Shown one piece after another: positions 1-8,280 of a stretch of 44,487 nucleotides of DNA. The first letter of the stretch is position 1; every line of letters begins with the position of its first letter. Source of the DNA: an uncultured Planctomycetales bacterium (GTDB taxonomy: Bacteria > Omnitrophota > Gorgyraeia > Aquiviventales > CAZWYX01); contig CAZWYX010000001.1 of assembly GCA_964638485.1 (NCBI GenBank), positions 20,752 to 65,238 on the forward strand. The letters are read 5' to 3'. Below the pieces are notes generated by a model, which had not been told where the DNA came from, did not search any database, and worked only from the letters and a program-made list of their open reading frames with translations. The translations under genes and the position numbers were made by a program.

Positions 1-940
1 TGAGGCGGACCAGCTCCTCAGCCGTGTAGTACCGTCCCGTCGAGACGCCAGCGTTGTCCTCGACGTGGGCGACGGTGCGCATCCCTGGAATCACCGTCGA
101 GATAGTGGGATGGCTGAGGCAAAATGTGAGGGCCCCGTGGGCGACGGTTGTGACCTCGCCGCGGAGCAGGAGCGGGCGGAGGCGTTCCACCCGCTCGACG
201 GTGAAGCGCAAGCGCTCTCGGGTAAAATAGTCGCGGCGCCAGTCGTCTCGAGGGAAGGTGGTCTCGGGCGTCAACGTGCCGGTCAAGCCTCCCTCGTCAA
301 ACGGCACGCGCGCAATCACGCCGACGTCGTGGGCTTGACACAAGGGCAGCAGCGCCTCGGCTGGCTGCTGATCGAACACGTTGTAGATGACTTGGACGGC
401 CTCGATCTGACCTGAGCGGACGAGTGCGACCGCGCTCTCGGGCTCGTGGTCATTGATCGAGACGCCAAAGGCGCGGATTTTTCCCTCACGCTTGAGACGC
501 TGCACCGCCGCGATCCACTCCGCCTCATGTGCCCACGCATCGGTCCACACGTGGAACTGCTGGAGATCAATGCACTCGACGCCGAGGTTGCGCAAGCTCC
601 GCTCGGTGCAGGCGCGAATCCAGTCCGCGGGAAAGGCCTCCCTCAGCGGCGTGGTGGGCACCGCAGGCCAATCCATGTTCTTCGGTGGAATTTTGGTGGC
701 GATGTAGACGTCGTGATGACGCGGTGTCGCGCGCAACGCCTGCCCAATCAGGCGCTCGCTGAGGCCATCGCCGTAGACGTAGGCGGTGTCCACGAAGTTG
801 ATGCCGAGCTCCATCGCTCGACGAAACACCGCTTGCGTGGCACGATCATCGCGGGGCCCCCACATCCCGCCCCACCCCCACGTGCCGAGGCCGACTTCAG
901 AGACGCGCCAGTTGGTCTGGCCGAATCGTCGGTACTGCAT
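1..940 (-). CDS. aldo/keto reductase, 3' end runs off the window
   Basis: ATG at 940. My translation: MQYRRFGQTNWRVSEVGLGTW..INFVDTAYVYG..IRAFGVSIND..VIARVPF, typical AKR motifs. Absent from the ORF track because there is no stop in the window. Confidence 0.85.
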   Translation of the reverse strand, partial: MQYRRFGQTNWRVSEVGLGTWGWGGMWGPRDDRATQAVFRRAMELGINFVDTAYVYGDGLSERLIGQALRATPRHHDVYIATKIPPKNMDWPAVPTTPLREAFPADWIRACTERSLRNLGVECIDLQQFHVWTDAWAHEAEWIAAVQRLKREGKIRAFGVSINDHEPESAVALVRSGQIEAVQVIYNVFDQQPAEALLPLCQAHDVGVIARVPFDEGGLTGTLTPETTFPRDDWRRDYFTRERLRFTVERVERLRPLLLRGEVTTVAHGALTFCLSHPTISTVIPGMRTVAHVEDNAGVSTGRYYTAEELVRL

Positions 941-1796
941 GGTCCGCCGCCTTGCTGTGTTGTAAGAATTCGGTGACGTGTTGGAGGGAGCGCTTCAGTC
1001 GCTGCCACTGCTCCTCCGTCAAGGGTTTCGTCGCGGCGTGGCGGTAGAGCGTCACCGCCTGCTGCAAGACGCCCAGGGCCTCTGGCCGTTTCCGCTGACG
1101 CCACAAGCGCTCGCCCTGACGCACAATCGCCTCACCCAACGCGAGGGCCTCGTCGTAGGCGTCGGGCGCGTAGTGGAGGACGTTCAACAGCGAGCGCATC
1201 GCCTCGACGTCATGGCCTTGGTTGAGCTGCTCCGCGGCTCGGCGGGTCCAGTACCGTCGGGCCGCGCTCACGTCCACGAAGCGCAAGGAGTAGTCGGGAA
1301 TGAAGGCGATGTCCCACGCGGCGCGGACCGTCGGACTGATGAGCGAAATCGTCGTGAGGAAGCGCGTGCCGCCACGCAGGACGGTGACGGTGGTGTCGGT
1401 GCGGTGACCCGCAAAGGCTCTCGAGGTGTCCGCGAATTGATCGAGGGTGTCTATCGCCCGCTCGTCAATCGCGATGATGTGGTCGCCGGCGCGAATGCCA
1501 GCCGCCAGCGCAAAGGCCTCTTCCTTGACAAAAATGACGCGCACCCCCGGCTCCCCTTCCCCCACCGTCACGCCCCGAAACAGCGATGGCAGCTCATCGG
1601 CCACTGCGACGGCACCGCACACAACGCAGGCCGCGATGAGGGCCAGCAGGCCACCACACATGGTTGCCCCGAGGGGCGCCCATCTCGTCGTGCGTGGTTC
1701 GTCGTTCGTACTTCGGACATCGTCCATCGTGGTTCGGCTCACGGTTCGCGAGTGACGGTTCACGAATGTCTGCGCTCTGGTGACTGGTTGCTTCAA
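897..1796 (-). CDS. membrane-anchored PDZ-domain protein with helical C-terminal half
   Basis: 299-aa ORF with a hydrophobic segment (LLALIAACVVCGAVAV) followed by a PDZ-like stretch (GVRVIFVKEEAFALAAGIRAGDHIIAIDERAI). Start uncertain (1796, 1727 or 1661). Overlaps the AKR start by 44 nt. Confidence 0.55.
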   Translation of the reverse strand: MKQPVTRAQTFVNRHSRTVSRTTMDDVRSTNDEPRTTRWAPLGATMCGGLLALIAACVVCGAVAVADELPSLFRGVTVGEGEPGVRVIFVKEEAFALAAGIRAGDHIIAIDERAIDTLDQFADTSRAFAGHRTDTTVTVLRGGTRFLTTISLISPTVRAAWDIAFIPDYSLRFVDVSAARRYWTRRAAEQLNQGHDVEAMRSLLNVLHYAPDAYDEALALGEAIVRQGERLWRQRKRPEALGVLQQAVTLYRHAATKPLTEEQWQRLKRSLQHVTEFLQHSKAADHAVPTIRPDQLARL

Positions 1797-1861
1797 CCTA
1801 CGTAGGTACCCACGTAGGTCCTACTCGCCCTGTCCCATGCGTGACCCCACGCACCCTGCAC

Positions 1862-4471
1862 TCACACCATCGTCTCCCCGCGCAGCGCCACATCCACGAG
1901 GAACAGGCAGAAAAACACCGGCAGCAGCCACACGTCCCACCGCGTCACGACCTGCTGCGTCGGGTGTTCACCGACGATGGTGTCGGCCTCTGCGCCCACC
2001 GCGCCTCCGGACGCCTCAGCGAGCGCCGTCAACAGCGCAACATCCGGTGGGGCCAGCGCCGTCTCCGGTGCGCCACTCGCGGAGGGACGCTCCACCGTGA
2101 GCCACCGTCGCGCCTCCCCCACTAACGCGCCCTGCGCCGTCTGCAGGAAGATCGCTTGGTACACGCCGGGGGCGAGTCCTTCCAGCGAGGCGCGCCATTG
2201 TGTCGCAGCCACGCGGTGGAGGGGACGCTCCACCACCGTGGTGGGATCGTCCTGCGGCACGAACCGCACGACGAACTGCTCGATGGTCTCAGGCGTCGGC
2301 GGCAGATGCACCTGGAGGAAGGCGGAGGTCCCGTGTGGCTCCACGCGCGTGGTCAGTTCTGTCAGCGTCGAGCGCCGCATGGTCCACGAGATGATCTGCG
2401 ACCAGAAGCGCTGGTACTGATCCCAATGCACCCACGGCGCTGACCAGCGCGCTTCCGCATCCGAGGCGAACATCGTCACGCGCCCTAACCCCACCGGCCA
2501 GTGGATGAGGAGCGGATCAGCGCGTTCCTCCTCGCTGGTCACGACCAACGACACGCCGGCCTGCGGCTTGGCCTCCATCACGAAGTAGCCTTTGAGCGGC
2601 GGGAGGAACTCTTCGCGCAACCCCTGGAGGATCTCATGCGGCTGCGTGATGTGGGGTCGGTACCAGCCCTCGACAAAGGGCGCACGCGTCAACATCCGCT
2701 GCGTATCAGCGACGATGAGCTGCGGAATCTGCTGCTCGTCCTTGACGTGGTAAAACGTGCCGCCGGTGGCTTGGGCCAGGTGCTGCATCAGCCCTGCGCG
2801 CACAAAGAGGTCACCCACCAAGAGCGTGCTCACGGTGACGTCCTGGTCGCGACACTCCTCAACCAACCGCTCGTAGAACGGCGAATTCGGATCCATGGTG
2901 TTGCCATCAGAGAGCAGGATCAAGTGTTTGACGACGGCATCCGTGGCCACCAACTGCTCTTTGGCCTCGACCAACGCCGGCAGAAAATGCGTCCCGCCGC
3001 CGGACTTGAGTTTGATGAGGCGATCAATGATGGTGGCCCTGGCGGTGCCCACGGGTTGCAGGGGCACGATGACAAACGGGCGCACGTCAAACGCCATCAC
3101 CCCGATGAGATCGTTGGGATCGAGCTGCTTGACGAGCTCAACCGCACCATGTTTCGTCAAGGCAATCCGTTGGCCCGTCATGCTGGAGGAGCGATCAATC
3201 AACAAGAGGAGGCTCAGGCGTCGTTGGGTTTTGCGTTCTTGCGGCGCGTCCAACGTCCACCACGCCGGCAGGATCCGATCGAGCGGCGTCTTCGCCTGCG
3301 CTTCCTGCGCGACATCGCCGCCACTGCCAATCACCAGGAGCCCCCCACCAAACGCTTCAACGTACTGGTTGAGGAGCTCCATCTGCGACGGTGACAACGC
3401 GAGACGCGGGAAATTGACCAAGATGACCGCATCGTAGGCCGTGAGTTGCGCCATCGTCGCCGGAATGCCTGAGAGGTCTTGAACCTCCACCGCCATCTGG
3501 CGGGCGGTTAAGACCTGGGCGACGTACGGCACCTGGAGTTTGTTATCGCTCAGGAGCAGCACCCGCGGCGGTCCAATCACCTCAAACGCTGCACGGCGCG
3601 TGTTGTTCGTAGGGATCTGATCGCCAGACGCTTCGAGGGTGGCGGTGAGGCGATAGCCGCCTAACGTCTCGGAAGACACCGGCACATCCACCAAGTGTTT
3701 TCCGGCAGGGAGGGTCACGCGCTGATCGAAGATGACCGCATCGTTTCCGCGCACGACCAGCCGGGCCGTGACCGCTTGGCTCGCTGCATTTTCAACGCCC
3801 ACCCGGACGGAGGTCGGTTCGTGCCACCGCACCGCGTCAGGCACCAGGAGTTTCGTGATGGCGACATCAGCATGAGTCGTCATCGGTGGCAGATACGGAA
3901 AGAGCGGAATGTGTTCGAGCCGAGCCACCTTGGCCGCTTGGAGCGCCTGGCCGTCGGTCTCCAGGCCATCGCTGAGGAGGACGACGCGTTTGGGCCGTTC
4001 ATCCGTCGTCAACGCAAAACTCGTCAACAACGCCGCCTGCAGATTGGTCGTGTCGGGTTGCAACGCGGCAGGCACCGCCTGAAGCACAACACCCTCCGCC
4101 ATTCCACGACGGAGCGGCCAGTGCTGCACCGTCTGAGTTGTACCGGCAAACGTCATCAGGACCCGCTCGGTGCGCTCAGCCAGCGCGCGATCCAACGCGA
4201 GGAGACGCTCACGTTGCCAGCGCTGCTCGACAGGATCCATGCTGGTGGAGCGATCCACGAGGTAGACCACCACAGGATCTCGGGGCACGAACCGCGCCCA
4301 GCCGATCCCCGCCACACTGAGGAGTAACACGACACACAACAGGTGGCGCGTGCAGATGACCCCGAGGTAGCGCCAGCGCGGTAACATGGGAGACAACCCG
4401 CGAAGACTCCACCAGATGATCGGGAGCCCCACGAGCAACCACAGGAGGTGAGGAAAGGTCACGTGCCACAT
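1862..4471 (-). CDS. large BatA/BatB-type membrane protein: N-terminal double-TM domain, two VWA domains, GATase1-like middle region, C-terminal TM
   Basis: 869 aa. N-terminus FPHLLWLLVGLPIIWW. Two MIDAS-like motifs (VYLVDRSTSMD, LLLIDRSSSMTG). C-terminal TM WLLPVFFCLFLV. Directly follows the upstream gene's stop. Confidence 0.8.
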   Translation of the reverse strand: MWHVTFPHLLWLLVGLPIIWWSLRGLSPMLPRWRYLGVICTRHLLCVVLLLSVAGIGWARFVPRDPVVVYLVDRSTSMDPVEQRWQRERLLALDRALAERTERVLMTFAGTTQTVQHWPLRRGMAEGVVLQAVPAALQPDTTNLQAALLTSFALTTDERPKRVVLLSDGLETDGQALQAAKVARLEHIPLFPYLPPMTTHADVAITKLLVPDAVRWHEPTSVRVGVENAASQAVTARLVVRGNDAVIFDQRVTLPAGKHLVDVPVSSETLGGYRLTATLEASGDQIPTNNTRRAAFEVIGPPRVLLLSDNKLQVPYVAQVLTARQMAVEVQDLSGIPATMAQLTAYDAVILVNFPRLALSPSQMELLNQYVEAFGGGLLVIGSGGDVAQEAQAKTPLDRILPAWWTLDAPQERKTQRRLSLLLLIDRSSSMTGQRIALTKHGAVELVKQLDPNDLIGVMAFDVRPFVIVPLQPVGTARATIIDRLIKLKSGGGTHFLPALVEAKEQLVATDAVVKHLILLSDGNTMDPNSPFYERLVEECRDQDVTVSTLLVGDLFVRAGLMQHLAQATGGTFYHVKDEQQIPQLIVADTQRMLTRAPFVEGWYRPHITQPHEILQGLREEFLPPLKGYFVMEAKPQAGVSLVVTSEEERADPLLIHWPVGLGRVTMFASDAEARWSAPWVHWDQYQRFWSQIISWTMRRSTLTELTTRVEPHGTSAFLQVHLPPTPETIEQFVVRFVPQDDPTTVVERPLHRVAATQWRASLEGLAPGVYQAIFLQTAQGALVGEARRWLTVERPSASGAPETALAPPDVALLTALAEASGGAVGAEADTIVGEHPTQQVVTRWDVWLLPVFFCLFLVDVALRGETMV

Positions 4472-6304
4472 CTAGACGGCGCTCCGGACACTGATCCGTC
4501 GCTGATACACGAACCACTCGAGGACGAACAGGCACGCCCCCATCCAGAGCAGCCAGCGATCCAGCGGACGCGGCTGTGTGGGTGTGGTGGCGGCCACGGG
4601 CGGCGGGCGGTCTACGAGGCTCTCAGGGAGAGACGCAGCCATCTGCAGGAGGTTGGCCTCGGTCTCATCGGTCAGATGCGCATGAAAGGAGAGGCGCAGC
4701 GCTCCAGCGCTGACCGTGTACGTCCCTGCCCACCACGTCTCGGTGAACTCCCAGGGACCACCTGCGTGATGGAGCGTCTGTGTCGCTCCCGTCGGCAGTC
4801 GGACCGTCACCTCACCTGCTGGTACCACCGGGAGCGAAAACGGCGTACCGGTGGAGACGTACCAATACCGATTGGTCGGGGCTAACCAGTGGCAAACATT
4901 CAGGAGCAACACGAGCAGCTCGACCGTCCGCGGCTCCTCCACATTGATCTCATCCCAAGCCAGGGCGGTGACGACCGCTCGAAAACCATGCTGTTCGCCT
5001 ACACCGACGAGCGGGCGACTCTGCTTGCCATCCGACCCCCACACGACCGGCCGCGCCCAGTCAGGCCACGTGACAGGGACGATAGCGCTCACCGGCAGTT
5101 GATCAACGCTGGTGAGGAACCGCGTCGTCGGGTGCGTCGTATCCCAATCCACGATCCGCAGGGGCTGCGTCCGCGTCCTCGTACTCTTCGCGATGAGATA
5201 GAGCGTGGGAGCGGTGGGTGGTTCGCTCGACAGTTGCGCCACCACATCGAGGCGAGGCGCATCCTCGGCGAGGGTTGCGGTCGCCTCTGTCAGCGTCGGT
5301 GTGCTCTGCACCAGGCGCGTCAAGAAGCGCTGCACCGCCGGCGCCAGATCTACCAGTCGCACGGCCACGGTCTGCGCCTCCTGGGAGGCGAGGATGACGG
5401 TGTTGTCTGCCTCCAGCGCATCCCGCGGCGCGCGAATGGTGACGGTCAGCGGATGCGTAGGATCTACAGAGGCCGGCTCGATGACGACCGTTTTCCGCTC
5501 CTGCGGTTGAAGCGCCAGAGATTGCTGGATCGTCTTGGACGCGCCGCCAGCCAGCAACAACTCTACCGTTTGCGGCACCTCGGCAAAGTTGTTGACGGTT
5601 GCTGTGATCAGCGGTGTGCCGGCGCTACCGCGTGACGACACGGCGACGTCGTGGAGGGTGACGTTCGGCTCAGGACGCCCCACCTGATGCCACTCCAGCC
5701 AGGAGGGCAGTGCGTGGTCTGGCGGTGGGAGATCTGTCGCAACGACCAACCGATCCAGGCCGCTCTCCCCTGCCAGCGATTGCGCAAGCTGAACGGCGCC
5801 TGCGAGATCGCCGGCCGCGTCCGTCGGCTGCACACGGTAGATGGCGGCTCGGGCGTCAGCGGCGGTCGTCACCCAGTGCGACGTCACTAACGTCGCGGGC
5901 GTCGTGGACACGACGAGGATGCGATCGTGCGGTTGCCAGTGATTCAGTGCCTGGAGGGCGCGGCCACGCGCCTGGAGGAAGGCGGAAGCCCCACCGGTCT
6001 GACGCTGGAGGCTGGCGGAGTTGTCCAGGATGATCGCGATGGTGTGCCGTGGTCGCACCGCAAACAGCCCATGCAGTCGTGGGCGCGCCAACACCCCGAT
6101 GAGGGCCAGGAGCAAGAGCACCTGCACCAGCAGCAACCAGTTGATCCGCACGAGCTGGGCTTTGGGGAGTTGTTCGCGGAGATGTCGAAACGGGGCTAAA
6201 CTCGGAATGAGGATCGGGCGGCGTGTCTGCTGGAACCGCCACAGCCACAGCAGTGGCCCCAGCAGGAGGAGAAACCATAAGGCGCTTGGAGCCAAGAGTG
6301 ACAC
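4472..6304 (-). CDS. BatA-like protein (N-terminal double-TM aerotolerance-regulator domain plus VWA-like domain)
   Basis: 610 aa. N-terminus LLAPSALWFLLLLGPLLWLW, then IAIILDNSASLQ (DxSxS). C-terminal TM. Sits in the MoxR/DUF58 operon. Confidence 0.75.
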   Translation of the reverse strand: MSLLAPSALWFLLLLGPLLWLWRFQQTRRPILIPSLAPFRHLREQLPKAQLVRINWLLLVQVLLLLALIGVLARPRLHGLFAVRPRHTIAIILDNSASLQRQTGGASAFLQARGRALQALNHWQPHDRILVVSTTPATLVTSHWVTTAADARAAIYRVQPTDAAGDLAGAVQLAQSLAGESGLDRLVVATDLPPPDHALPSWLEWHQVGRPEPNVTLHDVAVSSRGSAGTPLITATVNNFAEVPQTVELLLAGGASKTIQQSLALQPQERKTVVIEPASVDPTHPLTVTIRAPRDALEADNTVILASQEAQTVAVRLVDLAPAVQRFLTRLVQSTPTLTEATATLAEDAPRLDVVAQLSSEPPTAPTLYLIAKSTRTRTQPLRIVDWDTTHPTTRFLTSVDQLPVSAIVPVTWPDWARPVVWGSDGKQSRPLVGVGEQHGFRAVVTALAWDEINVEEPRTVELLVLLLNVCHWLAPTNRYWYVSTGTPFSLPVVPAGEVTVRLPTGATQTLHHAGGPWEFTETWWAGTYTVSAGALRLSFHAHLTDETEANLLQMAASLPESLVDRPPPVAATTPTQPRPLDRWLLWMGACLFVLEWFVYQRRISVRSAV

Positions 6305-6310
6305 GCGCGG

Positions 6311-7207
6311 TTACACAATCAGCCCTACGCGGGGTAACTCGCGGAGGATGAACGCCTCCACGGGCATGGCCGTGGACACCTGGGCGAAAAAGCAGCCGGT
6401 GCGTTGACAGAAGGCAGCCAGGTTGGCGTTGTGCGACTCCAACGCGCGCAGGAGCAGTCGCATGTCCCACAGCGACCGACGCGAGCCGGTCTCGACATCT
6501 ACCACGTAGCCCCGCGACCAGTCGGCGCCTGGCTTCAATTCCGACGGCGTGAGCACTTGGATGACTTTCACATCGAGATTGTGGTACTGGCAGAGTTGCA
6601 GCCCGCGGACCCACTCGCTCGGCTCCATCATCCAATCTGACAGCAGGATGATCGCGCCCCCGCGCGCATGCGTGGCGTAGAGGTAACGCTCGAGCCACGC
6701 GGCAAACGGCACGTCGCCTTCCGGCGTCCAGCGATCCAGAAAGGCGCGAATCTGAAAAATCCCGTGGCGTCGCTGGAAACCCGGCGTCACTTCGAGCCGT
6801 TGGGGCGTGCCGCCGTAGGCACTCACCCGCACCACGTTGTGGTTCGCCAGGCCCACGTATGCGAGGGCCGTCGCCACATCTTTGGCATACGCGAACTTGC
6901 GGCCGCCCGCGGGCAACCCCATCGAGCCGGTGGCATCCACGAGCAGGTGCACGGTGAGCTCGATGTCTTCCTTAAACGTCTTGACGAACAGGCGCTCGAA
7001 CCGGCTGTAGAGGTTCCAGTCAATCGTGCGGACATCGTCGCCCCAGCGATACTCGGCGTAGTCGGCAAACTCAACGGAGCTGCCACGTCGGTTGATGGTG
7101 TACGGTCCCCCCGCGCGCAGTCCCCAGCGGGGCTTACGGCACTGGAGACGCAGTGACTCCAAGCGCTCGAGAAACTGTTGATCAAAGAGTTCACCTAACC
7201 GTGGCAT
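6311..7207 (-). CDS. DUF58 family protein (MoxR partner)
   Basis: 298 aa with GSSVEFADYAEYRWGDDVRTIDWNLYSR and LLVDATGSM. Overlaps the MoxR gene end by 17 nt. Confidence 0.85.
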   Translation of the reverse strand: MPRLGELFDQQFLERLESLRLQCRKPRWGLRAGGPYTINRRGSSVEFADYAEYRWGDDVRTIDWNLYSRFERLFVKTFKEDIELTVHLLVDATGSMGLPAGGRKFAYAKDVATALAYVGLANHNVVRVSAYGGTPQRLEVTPGFQRRHGIFQIRAFLDRWTPEGDVPFAAWLERYLYATHARGGAIILLSDWMMEPSEWVRGLQLCQYHNLDVKVIQVLTPSELKPGADWSRGYVVDVETGSRRSLWDMRLLLRALESHNANLAAFCQRTGCFFAQVSTAMPVEAFILRELPRVGLIV

Positions 7208-8219
7208 GCTCGGGTCGCTTGACGAGTTGCCTCAAGGTGGCTAACACCTGCGAGGAGGTCATCCGCTCTGCTTCCGCCTCAAAGTTCAACACCAACCGAT
7301 GGTTCAGCGCAGGGACCACCATGCGATCCACATCCTCGAAGGCGATGTTGACGCGCCCATCCACGAGGGCCAACACCTTCGCGCCCAAGAGGATGGCTTG
7401 CGCACCGCGGGGACTGGCCCCGTAGCGCACGTAGCGATCCGCCGCGGTGTGACCATCAGGCCCATTCGGATGCGTGGCCAACACCAGGTGCGCGACATAC
7501 TGCTCGATGGGGCTGGCGACCATCACCTCACGGACCAGTCGTCGCAGTCGCGGGAGCAGTGTCTTGGCCTCGCTGGATGACCAGATGGGATGGATCTGGG
7601 CCACCTCCGCCGTCGTGGTGCGCTGGACGATGTGCACTAGATCCTCAAGCGCTGGTCGCTCGACAAGGAGTTTTACACAAAACCGATCCAGTTGCGCCTC
7701 CGGCAGTGGGTACGTCCCTTCCATCTCGATGGGATTCTGCGTGGCCAAGACGACGAAGGGGTAGCTTAAGGGATACGTCGTGCCAGCGATGGTGACCTGT
7801 CGCTCCTCCATCGCCTCGAGGAGGGCAGCCTGCGTTTTGGGTGTGGCGCGGTTGATCTCGTCGGCCAGCAACAGTTGGGTGAACACCGGCCCACGCATGA
7901 ACTCGAAGCGTTTGCTCCCATCGCTTTCCACGACGAGCTGCGTGCCCAAAATGTCGGCCGGCATCAGATCCGGCGTACACTGGATCCGCTTGAACTCAAA
8001 ATTGAGCGCCTGGGCGAGCGATTTGACCAGGAGCGTCTTGCCCAAGCCCGGCACGCCTTCGAGCAGGACATGTCCGTCGGCAAACAAGGCGACGAGGACA
8101 CCTTCAATGACGTGCTGATGTCCCACGATGACGCTCGACAGCTCTGTCGTCAGCTGCCGCCAGATTTTTTGAAACGTCGCGACTTCCGATTTGACTTGCT
8201 GCGCCACGGTTGTCGTCAT
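7191..8219 (-). CDS. MoxR-family AAA+ ATPase
   Basis: 342 aa. Walker A GVPGLGKT, Walker B LLADEINRA, and a MoxR-like C-terminal region (YVRYGASPRGAQ). Confidence 0.92.
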   Translation of the reverse strand: MTTTVAQQVKSEVATFQKIWRQLTTELSSVIVGHQHVIEGVLVALFADGHVLLEGVPGLGKTLLVKSLAQALNFEFKRIQCTPDLMPADILGTQLVVESDGSKRFEFMRGPVFTQLLLADEINRATPKTQAALLEAMEERQVTIAGTTYPLSYPFVVLATQNPIEMEGTYPLPEAQLDRFCVKLLVERPALEDLVHIVQRTTTAEVAQIHPIWSSSEAKTLLPRLRRLVREVMVASPIEQYVAHLVLATHPNGPDGHTAADRYVRYGASPRGAQAILLGAKVLALVDGRVNIAFEDVDRMVVPALNHRLVLNFEAEAERMTSSQVLATLRQLVKRPEHATVR

Positions 8220-8230
8220 GCTGTCCTCTA

Positions 8231-8279
8231 CCTTCTGCCTTCTGATCGCTGATGACTGGTGTCTGTACTCTGGTCTCTG
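8231..8279. repeat. seven in-phase heptamers NNNNCTG (minus strand CAGNNNN) filling the spacer upstream of the MoxR gene
   Basis: CCTTCTG CCTTCTG ATCGCTG ATGACTG GTGTCTG TACTCTG GTCTCTG, read directly from the sequence. Confidence 0.9.
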
Positions 8280-8280
8280 G

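Noticed and set aside
5856-6698. Long antisense or alternative-frame ORFs from the track, e.g. 5856-6698, 8394-9026, 11334-12077, 13731-14651, 25387-26115, 30056-30934, 33294-34163 and 40646-41233.
   Set aside because: They lie opposite to or out of frame with genes that have clear conserved motifs. Their translations are Arg/Pro/Gly/Ala-rich without motifs, as expected of shadow ORFs in high-GC DNA.
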